Below are positions 11,420 to 23,160 of a stretch of 64,000 bases of DNA, piece by piece. The notes beneath the pieces are model-generated. The model was not told the DNA's origin, ran no database searches, and worked only from the letters and a program-made list of their open reading frames with translations. The stretch comes from the human T2T-CHM13v2.0 reference genome, Homo sapiens, in NCBI RefSeq assembly GCF_009914755.1, contig NC_060925.1. One strand, written 5' to 3'. A program made the position numbers and the translations under genes. Each line of letters opens with the position of its first letter. The first letter of the stretch is position 1.

Positions 11420-11914
11420 GCAGTGCTGTCCATTGGAAATATAAGGTGAGCCATATATGTTATTCTAAATTTTCTAGAGTAACCATGTAAATAAATTAAA
11501 AGAAACAAGTATAATTTCTTTTATACAATTAATTTCAATCATATTTTATTTAATCCAACATATTAAAAATATTATCATTTAACATGTAATACAAGTAATT
11601 ATTGAGATAGTCTACTTTTTTATAAAAAGTTTTTAAAATTCTGTATGTTACAGCTACAGAACATCCAAGATTAGATGCTAAATTTTTATTAGAAATCCTT
11701 CATGTCTATTTAGATTTCATAAAATTTGCGGGTAAAAAAGTATTCACATACCCTAATTCTTACAAACATACTTGAATATTTTGCAATAACTAAATGAGCC
11801 ATTGGTTTTTACTGTAAATTAATTTAAATTTAGATTTCATTTACCCAGTCCCACTAACCACGTTTTCAGTGCTCTGTAGCCACCTGTGGATACTGGCCAC
11901 CATATTGGACAACA
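11420..11914. mobile_element. hAT-Charlie element (Charlie1/MER33 family)
   Basis: TIRs cagtgctgtccattg / atattggacaacag; internal gtagccacctgtggatactggccacc; homologous to 59020-59935. Confidence 0.75.
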
Positions 11915-12934
11915 GAAGTCCAAAGGACACTCCTCCTCTGAACTCCACAGAGACAGGTTCTGGGAGACTCCCCTCATAGTTCTGTGAGGCATGAAAACAG
12001 AGAATTTGTGCTTTAGAGAACAGCAAGATTGAGAAAGGCAGAGTTTATAAAAGAAGATTCAGAAACATTACAACTCTCCTTGGAGACCCTGGGAACAGAA
12101 GGCAGGGATCGACAGCAGTTCACGTTTCCTCTCTTCCACTGGCCAACAAGCTGTCTTCTCCTAGTCAAAAAAGAAATAAGGGAGATGGGAGTAGGGAGGG
12201 TATTACATTCTAGTCCAAACTTCAGTGACTCCTCTCTTGAATAGGGATGCAAAGGACAGCCATGAAAAATGCATAAGGACCTGGCTGATTCGGGGAGCTG
12301 ACAGGAAATGAGTAGTCTAGAGAACATGGCTGGAGAAAGCTGAAGAGGGAGCAACATTTTAATTGCCTACAGGGATCATCAAGGAAGGGAAGGAAATGTG
12401 CAGAGGGGTCCAAGAGATCATGAGGAAGAGTTAAATGTAGGAAAAGAAAACATAAATTAAACACAGTGTAGGACAAATGCCATCAATTTGAGAAACAGAC
12501 TCTCCAGGGAAGAGGTGGGAAAGTCTACACTTAAAACATTAAAAGTCAGTCAGTTATAACAATAGCGGTAAGAAATTGTTCTATTCTTGCTCTGAAAGAT
12601 AAGGTAGACTAATCATTTAAAAAAATGGAATATATAATTTTACATTTGGGAAGGAGCTAGCAAGTTCTCTAGACCAGGGACCTCATTTTATAAATGAGAA
12701 AACTGAATTATATTATACTTCTAAATAATGCTGGGGCCAGGAGTAGAACTTATGACCCCTAGTTGTCAGGCTAATGCTCAAATAGAGCATAGATTTGTTG
12801 TTCTTATTTTCAAAATATTTTACTGACATTTTTTAGTAAATCTGTAAACCATCAATAGAGTCTTTTATCCTTCCCTGAGAAAAGAGAAAATTGAACTCTT
12901 AGGTCAGACTAGGAGTCCTACATGTGGCTATCTA

Positions 12935-13240
12935 GAGCTGCACTGTTCAACAAAATGAGGAGTAGCCAACACTTGAAACTTGGCTAGTCTGAATTGAACT
13001 TTGATGTAAGTATGAAATATTCACCAGATTAATTAGACTTAGTACAAAAAAGTAAACTAATTTCATTATATCGATGTACATTAAAATATATATTTGTATT
13101 GACTACATGTTAAAATAAATATAGCTCTGATATATTGAGTTAAAGCATATTATTAAATTAACTTCATCTTTAAAAATATTTTAATGTGGCTGCTAGAAAA
13201 CATAAAATTACATACATGCCTCTATTATTTCTGTTATATT
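12935..13240. mobile_element. MER3/MER33-type hAT MITE
   Basis: ctgcactgttcaa...acttgaaacttggctagt...tttaatgtggctgctagaaaacataaaattacatac. Confidence 0.65.
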
Positions 13241-15096
13241 TTTGTCGGCTTGAGCTAATACAGAAGATACCATGAATAAAAAAAGAAACTGAGGTTTTGT
13301 TTCCAGCCTGCTTCCTAAAGCACAAATTAAATTTTTTGCCCTTCATAGGGTTTGAGCATGCCTTTAAGGTTTCCAATTCAGGTTAATAAATACCTCATGA
13401 AAATTAGCATCTATTCAAAAACCATTAAAGAGGAGAAAATTAAACCTGTCCATTGCATTGTTCTTTCTTGTCATGACTGCTTAGTGAATTAAAATGCCTG
13501 AAAACCCCAGTGTGCTTAGCTGCAGCCATCCTCTGTTTCTTCTCTACAACAGCACTGTGCTGTAATGAAGACCATGAAAAAGCATTTCAGAAAATAGCCT
13601 CCAATATAGAGTAGCAATCAATATGCATAGTATATACGATCAAGTTAGAGCAATGTGTAGGAGAGGCCCAAATATGTTTGGCCTGCTTAAACACATGCTT
13701 TCTGCTTGCCAGCCAACAAATCGCTTCTGTATATTACATAAGACTAAATTAATACCTACACGAAGACAGTTTATTGCGGATGATGGATCATGGGTTTGTT
13801 ACTCATACATCCAGAGCAGGGCCCTGGAAATCACATCATCATTGCATTCCCAGGGAAAGAAATGATTGTCACATCCAGACATGTTTATCATGGAGAGAGA
13901 GGTTGATCCGGGCCCATCCACTTGCTGAGGGAATACTGCCACCTCACATGATGAGTGCTCAGAGGAAAGACCCAGTGTTGACTGGCAGATGCCAGCAAGA
14001 ATAGTATTTTTCACGATAGTCCTTCTGAGGCAATAAGGAATGAACTGGCTATATCTTATGGTCTATATTGTTAGATTCTTGGGGGGCCCAAATGTGAATG
14101 TCATTTAACTTCAACAAAGGCAACCTAAATAGCATTTACTCTACCTTGGAGAGAGCAACAACAACCCAAGAAATGAAGCTCTTGCACATAATGCAGTCAA
14201 CAGTATAATGCAGATGGACCCAAAACCCAAAGGTACAAGTCCTAGTATAAACGTAGGAGGTGAATGAAGGACAGATTAAACTAAAGGGATGGGCCTCTTT
14301 GGCCTATCTCCTGACAAACTGTCTGGCTGCATCAGCAAAAGTCGAGAGTAATCGATACTTATGAAACAACAGCACAGCCACAATCAGAGGCAGAGCAGGT
14401 TTGGAGTGCTATTACCATAAGTGGCTGAGTCATTGATGTGAATGTGTGTGTCATTTTGCATATCATTTGCATGTTATTTGGTGCAGGCTTGCCAATAAAT
14501 AAAAACAATTTATCAACTTGCACAACCTACCCTGACCTTTGTAAGAACATATGGAGGAAAATAAACTAGACCTGCAATGAATTACTGTTTGTTTAGCATG
14601 AAAATATGAATAGTTCAGGTCCAAAGTGTAAGTTACTAACTTTAATGCTGTCACCTAGGTAGAAGGCTCCCTGTGGGCAAGTCTGTGTTTTAGACATTTT
14701 TGTTTCTAGTCCTGCTTAATAGCTTCACATGACAGTCACTTTCAGTGTGTTTGTTAATGCTGACCTCACTAAGAAATATGTGTATATGTATTTGTATACA
14801 TTTATCTTTTTGACTTTCAGTCATATTTATTAAGTGCATCTCATATACCTGGGTAGACTAGTAAGTGCTTTACATATACTCTAATTTAATCCTTAAGAAA
14901 AAATGGTGTAATTATACAGTTGATGGAACAAGGCTGTGAATATTTGGGCAAACTCAAGTTTATCTGACTTCAGAGCATGAGTTCCCAGTTGCTTAACAAT
15001 TGTAGTAACCCTAAGAATACCCAATCACTTGATGAAAGTTGCACTGCATAGTTTTTATACCAGAAGATCTGTGTGAGCCCATTTCCCTTTCCCCAT

Positions 15097-16115
15097 GGGT
15101 GGATACGAGTTTTATGGAGCCTGAGACTTACAAAATTTAGGGGGCCCAGTAGAAGAAAAAAGATGCAAAATTATCAACACAAACTTCGATGTCAGAGTAT
15201 TCATTTAGAATGAGAAAAGAAATTATAACAAATTAAAATACCACAAACAAAACAAAATGAAGATATAAAATATTTTTATTCAAGAATGGATGGATACATC
15301 TCTATGGTATATTTTTCTTAAATATTTTGGCTGCAAACTCACTGATCATCTTTTCATATGAAAGCAATTTTAATAATATTTTTTATCTAGAAAATAAAAA
15401 GACTATTTATAACTTCCTCCAACATGGTTGATTAAAATTTCATTTTTATTATTGCTGGTAAAACATAGGACCTTACCCATGGACATATACACTGTAGTTT
15501 TGCTACAGGTCTGTGTCTCACAAAAACATAAGTTCTATGGTGGTTCTATAATGGTACGCTTTATGTAAAAAATCAAGTCTGTTTCTGACAAGAGTGTATT
15601 TCCATCTTAACCACGTGTTGTTGGTGATGACTGAATCTTCTGCTTACAATTTTAGATATGTAATTTTTGGAAGACTTTTACATTGACTAACTTCTGACAC
15701 TGTACATTTCAAACCTTGTCTCTCTTCTATTGCCCACCAACTCCTGGTTACAGAGGACCACAAAAACCATTTATTTCATCTTCATTTCATTAACAAGTAG
15801 GTCAGCACAGAAAACTGTAAGGACATTTCTGGAAGCCATTTTTACACTGTGATGGTTAACAATACACTAACTAGATGTGGAAGTGGCTGCAAACCACATA
15901 AATCTACCCTCACTAAATCTAAGTTAAATACATTCCCAGCTTAATTTCCTGAAACCCCCAAATGACCACAGCCACTTTAATATCCCATGATAGGAAGAAA
16001 AGTGTGTCTGAGAAGAAGGTAGATTGGACTTAATATTAAAATATTTTACTTTTGCAAATTTTACAAAATCTTATTAACAGGTGACTGTATTATTCGAGCC
16101 CCTCCCAGGTCTTTG
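15097..16115 (+). mobile_element. ~1-kb ancient hAT element with MER53-like ends
   Basis: Start ttttatggagcctgagacttacaaaatttagggggccc...aagaaaaaagatgcaaaatta and end gcccctcccagg resemble recalled MER53. Confidence 0.5.
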
Positions 16116-18699
16116 ACCACAGGCATGAGCCATATGAGCCACAAGCAACCCCCAGTGCTACTCCCCATCGCCCATTCTGTAATGGCACATAACATCATCT
16201 TTTTTGTGGTTCATTTCCTTTTGCTAGCTCCACTCCATTCAAGCCCAATCTCATGTCTGTAGATCAACTCTACATCAATGGTTCTAAACTTTTCGAGTAT
16301 GATGACTTATTTACAGACCCAACGGATGTGCTCATCCTTACTAGTAAGTGTGCATTTGGGCCTATTGCCAGAGTAGATACAAAGGAGAAAAAAATTGCTT
16401 TGTGTCCAATGCTTTTGTGTTTTTATATGCTTAGTGTAACTAATAAATGATTACATTGTTATATGTATTTACGTTAAATTCATTATATGTTATATTCATT
16501 GTATTGTTATATTACAATTATTCATTGTTATATTTATATTTCAATGTTTTATGTTGTTTTATTATATTATATATTTACTCTTAATATATTTGTTATTTAA
16601 TGTATTATTTGTATATTATATTCATTTATTGTTATAATAGCACCTAAATACATTTGAATGTGAAATATATGTGTGAGGAACCTTTTTATTTTCTACAAAC
16701 AATATTTGGGCATATATCTAGACTCTTTGAAATGATTCCCTAGCTGTTAGGAATTCTATAACCTGCATTTTGGAAAATACTGCTCTAAGCCTTATACTAG
16801 CTAAAAACACTGCTGGTTGAATTTTTCCAAGCACCTTCAGTTTTAAGTACAGCAAAGCAACCAATTCATTGCAGTGGTTACTTATGTGTAAGGAAGATTT
16901 TTCAGTATACGGAGTCCTCTAAACTGAATGATTTGTAATAGCTCCATGAAAAAAGTGGACTTTCCTCTGAGTTGGGACAGTTGGTTGAGAGGAAGGCACT
17001 AACCAATACGAATTTAAGTTTGTGCTCAGGCTTTGAAAAAAATGGGTTTGCACTCTCATGGGGAGAAAATGTGTGGTCATCTTTCTTCTCCTGGCTGGCA
17101 CTCCAAGCAGGCTTCATTTTAAAAATAGTGCTAGGGAGGGAGGAAAAAATATAATGTATTCTTAAAATGTTTATATGTCAGCAAAATCCTGAAAACCATT
17201 CAATAGATTAATCCTCCTGCTGACTTAAAAAGGATGGATTTCCAGCTATAACTGAGATTGGGAAAAATTGATTTCCGTGTACCTTATGACTGAATAAGAT
17301 AAAAGCCACTGCCCTGACAAGCTTCTCCCAGCCTGGATCCAGACACTGGGAGGGTTGGCTAATTGAAAAGTCACTCCAAATACTAGCCCAGACCCTTTGA
17401 GGAGATCTGGAAAAAGAATCAAAGACAGATTGTTCATTTTTCAAGAACAATTTCCAGAATGTTGTTTATTTCCACCATCACTGAGCAACTATAGTCAAAG
17501 GTGAAATTGCTTTCTCTCCCTTTTCTTCAAACTCATCTTCATTTCTCCTTTACCTTCTCCTCTTTCTCGCTCCATTTCTCAACTTTCTCCTTTTTTCATG
17601 ATGTCTTCTTTTATGTGAAAATATTTGCAAAGTGAAAACACCACCTGGATTAAGCTTTCTTGTTAAAGCTCCAAGCAATGGTGAGCTAATTCTTTTCTAT
17701 GGCCTTAGTTTACCCAATTAAAAGTAAGACATTGCACCTGTCCATAAATTTATGCTTAACAAAGTGTTTCAGCTACCTTTTTCCATGTAATTCTCACATG
17801 AATCCTGTGAGGGGCTAATTATTATTATCAAGGCTACAAAAACAGTCTCAGATGCCTTGTAAATGTTTCAGAGCCAGTGTTTGCCCAAGCTGGGACAAGG
17901 TCCCATATCTGATTCTACATCCCCTGGCTTCAACTGAGTCACAACTGATTCCCACATGATTAATACTACGTTTCTCCACAAGCATGTTACATGAGAGGGT
18001 TCATTCACTCGCTTACTCATTTATTCTTTCATTTCATAACTATGTATTGAGCACCTGCTAGGTGTTAGGCACTAAGCAAAATGAGAAAACAGCTGTAAAC
18101 TAGGCAAGATCTCTGCTCACAAGTACCTGATCTTCTAGGAATACAGCTGGTTTGAATATAAAGTCGAAGTACTATGGTGAATTTTAAATTCTTCAGGATA
18201 TAAAATAATTCAAACTACCTGACATTCACACAACATTCCAATGGCAAATCAGTTTTAATGGAAAATATGGTAAACTAAGTTTTAAAGAAAAGAGCCTAAT
18301 GTTGCTAAAACAGTATTATAGATTATATGAACCTATTTAGAGATATTAGTGTTTTCCTGACTTTGTTTTTACTTTTTTCTTTTGCTGCCATCTCTTTCAT
18401 GTCTTCTCCTTGTAATTTTAAATATTTTCTCCTTATTGTTCCCTACTCTATCATCTCTTCTGTATTTCAGGCCATTTCTACATAGAAGCAATCGGTTACG
18501 TCATTTTGAATCAATCATATGATATCACTTTCTTGAGCAAACAGGACAGTTGCTGAGCCATTTATTTGTTTTTCCTAAGGAATTCCATGAAGTTCTTAAA
18601 TAAATTTCCATCCAGTTCTCTGGATATTCATGTACCTATCTACATAGTATAAGAAATTCTCAATCAGTAGGCTTAATCCCCTGAACCTTGGTATACAAA

Positions 18700-18950
18700 C
18701 AACAGCAATAGCAAATATTATTAAATAGGTCTTTATTTGTGCTAGACAGTCTTGTGGGTGTTTTACGTATATTTGTAAATTGTACCCTCATGACAACACT
18801 TTGAGGTAGTTACTATTTAAATTCCCACTTTACAAATGAGAGAACTGAGACACAGAGAGAAGTGACTTGCTCAGAGATATAAACAAGTGAATGGAAGGGC
18901 CTGAATTAAAACCCAAATTGCCTATCTGCAAAGTTTACTCTCCTTGCCAT
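18700..18950 (-). mobile_element. MIR
   Basis: ctcatgacaacactttgaggtag...ttacaaatgagagaactgagacacagagag...tgacttgctcagag. Confidence 0.75.
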
Positions 18951-20919
18951 GTACTGCATGGCTCTCATAAAATCAGACACTACTCACTCAATTGACAATA
19001 TTGCAAATGGCACTTAAATTCTCAAGCCAGCTTTTCTAATCACCTAGAACTGAGGTCAGCAGGTATTTGATTCTATCACCTGATCAGTGATTACATCTTC
19101 CCTGACTTTATTAGGCTCTTTTCACTTTAACTTACAAATTGCAGGGAAAGGGGGTAGGAACGTGCATCCCTAGCAATTTTCGTTGTGGGTGAATCCGTCA
19201 GTGGAAGACTGCTATCTACATGTGCATTTTATATGTGTGTGGTGGGAAAAAAAAGTGCTGAAGAGTATTGCATATGGAGAGGTGGAAATGGGATGGAGTG
19301 GAACTTAGGGCAGTGGTTATTTGTGAGTGGGTAGTTCTGATGACAAGGTTTACTTTTATGGCTTCTTGGTGGGTGTAATCAGTGGGGAGATGTTCCCATA
19401 ATGATAGGGGTGTGGTGTGTGCTGAGGTGTCTGTGGGTGGGCAAGGCGAGGATAAGCATGTGACAGAAAGAAAAACCCTAACAGCTCATTTTATTCCTCC
19501 TCCCTTCTTTACCACCCCCCCTTCTGTCTTCCATCCCTAAATATCTATGATGTTGCAATACAAATTGAAATGGCTAAAGTTGTGAGGAGGAATTTTTTTT
19601 CTTTTGAAACACAGTACAAAACCACACTCATAACAACCAGGTTCCCTATATAAATCTATTTTTAAGATGATTACAGGGTTTCCATAGCCATTCTAGCATC
19701 AACTGCTGGTTTTGTTTCCTCGTCGTCAGTAAACTGTTGGCAGGATACTGCACCAGAGGTATACTTTTTAAAGGGTATAATTGCATGGCACAGAAATTAT
19801 CACTTTCTCGACGATGATTTTCATTGGTCTTTCCCTTTGAGAATCCGGTTTGGAAGCTGGGCTTGTCAGTCCCTCCAAGCACACACTGCATTGTGTGCGT
19901 TGGTCTCATGGCCTATCATGCTGGCAACCACTAGGCAGAGGGTAGCAATTAAACCACACAATAGGCATCAAGGGATGAGAAGAAGACACTGTGTTTGAAA
20001 TAAATGAACACAAGCAGCACAGCCAGCTTCCCTAGGAAGGCTATCTGAGCAGTGTGGCTAGCCAAGATTGGACAGACTTTGCAAAGCAAGCTGGAAAACT
20101 CCCCATGGTGCCAAGCCATTAGACAGCAGCTGAGGCTACATCCCCTAGGATCTATCATAGGCCCCTTCTCCCAGGCTAACCTTCTCTAGGGTATAGAAAT
20201 ATAGGAAGGAGGCTTCATAGAACTACGCTTTTTTCACTGCCTGAGCCCAGAGGCTATGCAAATTTTGATTGATCTGGCAGCTATTTTTAAAATGCATTGT
20301 CTAATAGGGGCAGGCATAGGAGCTTTAGTTCACCCTCAGAAATAAGGGCCAGATAAGGCAGAAGTCAGCCTCTGAAATGGAAGCTAATAAACATCAACAT
20401 GTAATAGGTAAAATTATCTACTAACAGAAGTCACTAACTCTCAAGAGGTAATGATGATGTGGTAATTATGAAACTAAGATACTCTCCAATCTTTATCTAA
20501 GGGAACCAGAAAACTCTATCCAGATAAAAGACCAGTGTTTCTCATTCTAATGAAGATGATCAGCATGGTGCCTCAGTGCTGAAATGCAACTGGTGTCAAA
20601 AAATGAAAGCTCATAAAATAATAACCATGAAAATGACCTAACTAAGATACTTATGTATAGAGACTAGAACAAAGAAACTGTAGAGCAAGAATGGATGGTA
20701 GTTTAAGTAGCATTATCTGGGAAAAAGGCATTGAGATGCTAACAGAAATATTCATAGAGGAGAGAAGAGCATTTCAACTGGTTACTCTAACTTGATAAAA
20801 ATGGAAACTACAAACATCAAGCAACTCTCAGCCCAAATCTGTTCTCACCAAGCAATGTCCTAATCTGTAACTTGAGTCCTGAGTAGTCTGATCTACCAGA
20901 AGAGAGAGTCCTGAGAACG

Positions 20920-21540
20920 TTTGTTCATTCACCAATTCAATAAACATATTTAAGTGCCTCAATTCGTAAGTGTTGCAGGCACTCTAGCACTAAGGGATAA
21001 AATGGGTGGTTCACATTCTCAAGGGGCTTGCAGGCTAGTTAGGCGAACAGGTAAGTAAACATAATTTTAATGTGAAGAGATAGGATCCATTATAGAGACA
21101 TGCATGGCATGGACTGGGAGTACAGAGAGAAACTACTTTACCCAGTCTATGGTAGGAAAGCGTCAATAAGACCACATTGAATGAAAAGAGACCAAAATTT
21201 GTTCTTGAAATATAAAGATTAGAAGCAGCAATAGAGGATTAGGATGGTAAATCAGGGTTGGCATTGTGTTTAAAAGAGGCAGAGAAGTCTATTCAAAGCA
21301 GATGTTGAAAGCACAGACAGTATAAAGGCTCTGGAGAATGTGATGTGCTTGGGAGAAATTGGAGCATTAATATAATTGAGTGTGAGGAGAGGTATGGAAG
21401 GAAATAAGGTAGAAAGAGGTTATGTCAGGAACTGCCTTATTAGCAACCTGGGTTTTATCCTGTAGGCAGAAATGAGCAATTGAAAATGTTAAGCAGGGGA
21501 GTAATATGGTTGAATTTGCAATTTAGATGATATTTCCATA
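20920..21540 (-). mobile_element. L2 3' region
   Basis: ttcattcaccaattcaataaacatattaagtgcc is the L2 3' end; purine-rich body follows. Confidence 0.65.
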
Positions 21541-22727
21541 CATATCTCCCACTCCAGATGAACTGATATTCTGACGTGTGGATTTGGTAAATGCAGATTT
21601 TTTACTTTGATTGAGTCCAAGAGCTTGATGACCTTATGGTGGGCTGGTAAAACTGAGTTTTCAGACTTGAAACTTGAGGGCTGAACCCTGGACCTGTGAA
21701 AACATCCCATCAAGTTTTCACTTGTGAGAGAGGCCCAACTGGAAGTTGTCATCTGATCTCTATTTGACATCTCTCCATCTGCAGAATCCTGGGTGCAAAA
21801 TGGAAAATATTCAGTTAATCTGTGAAAATCATCCAGGGGAAAGGAAGAGTCTTACCAAGTCATTTTTTTCTATGTGAAATCCTTTCTATCTTCTGAGGTT
21901 TAAAATGGTTTCTCCTGGAATACCATATTAGGCTACAATTAATAAAATGTCATTCCCTTAAAAAGAATGCTGCTGATGGTCAAGGCTATTTCACTATAAA
22001 CCTTTGTCAAGGTCTTTTAGCAAATGAATTTATTCCCAGTTTTGAAATGGTCTGCCATATTTTTAAAAATAAATTTACAAATTGTCCTTCTATTCAAGGT
22101 GAAAAACATGTGATACAAAATCAAAGTGAACTTTCTGGAGAGATGATAAAGGTGACAAACAAGATTAAACACACAAATTGGGGATAATTTCAAGTAGATA
22201 CTAAAATTCATCAATTCAATTAAAATGGAATTTGTGGATACTAAATGCTCAGAAAATAAAAAAAAAAAACTGTAAGACATCACATGGGAACTAAAAACTT
22301 CTAGATAAAACAAATCCAGATAACAGTAGAACATATCCTAAAGTGTGATAGATACTCTAGAAGTACAGGGAAGAGTTACAGCAGGGGAGATGAAGTGCAG
22401 ACTATGGGAAATAAATGGAAATTAGATTAAAAAGATGTAAGTTTCCAAATGTGGTGAGCAATATGAGCCAAGAGCCAACAGAAATAACATTTTCTGAGAA
22501 TTTAGACATTGTCATGAGGACACCAGCATAGGGAGAGTGGGCTTCATGATGCAGAGCCCACCACAGCCATTGGTACGCCGCTTTATAGAGCAGACATGGC
22601 AGCAGGTAGTTGTCACTGAATAACGCAGTCAATACTGTGGAGTGTGTTTTTCAGTCCTTAAACACCATCTCCTCAAGTCTGTCTACAAATTGTCACCTTG
22701 GCAGGGCTCTGAGCCCTGCTTCTGAGC

Positions 22728-22768
<41 letters not shown>
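22728..22768. repeat. (TG)n microsatellite
   Basis: About 20 TG units, seen directly. Confidence 0.97.
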
Positions 22769-22771
<3 letters not shown>

Positions 22772-22969
22772 CATATATAAATACAGAAGCAATGAAGCTC
22801 ACGCAATGGGAGGGATTCTAAGCAGAGGTCACTATGCCTAGTCTCTGACCAGCACTTTGGGAGATAAAGCTGATAATTAGTAAAGAGCTTCAAACCCACT
22901 AAGTGCTCAACTCAACTAACCTATGTCAGAGTCAGTGTCCTGCATGATGGAGTGACAGGGTGGAAATAT

Positions 22970-23160
22970 AGAACTACATAGAACTTTAGAGCCAGCAGGG
23001 ACCTTAGAGGCCATTAAGTCCAATCCTCTCATTTTACCAATGAGGAAACAAAGGCCCCAAAGAAGGTCAGTAATGTGCTTGAAGCCAACCAGATAGTGAA
23101 TGACAGAACTGGAACGAATCACTTCTCTTAACTCTCAGTTCAGTGCTCGTTTCATTATAT
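22970..23160 (-). mobile_element. MIR3-like SINE
   Basis: gggaccttagaggccattaagtccaatcctctcattttaccaatgaggaaac. Confidence 0.75.

Noticed and set aside
22701-22719. Palindrome gcagggctc-t-gagccctgc (also atcactaa-g-ttagtgat at the THE1 junction, ~46711-46727)
   Set aside because: 8-9-bp arms are plausible by chance in 64 kb, and there is no accompanying duplication.
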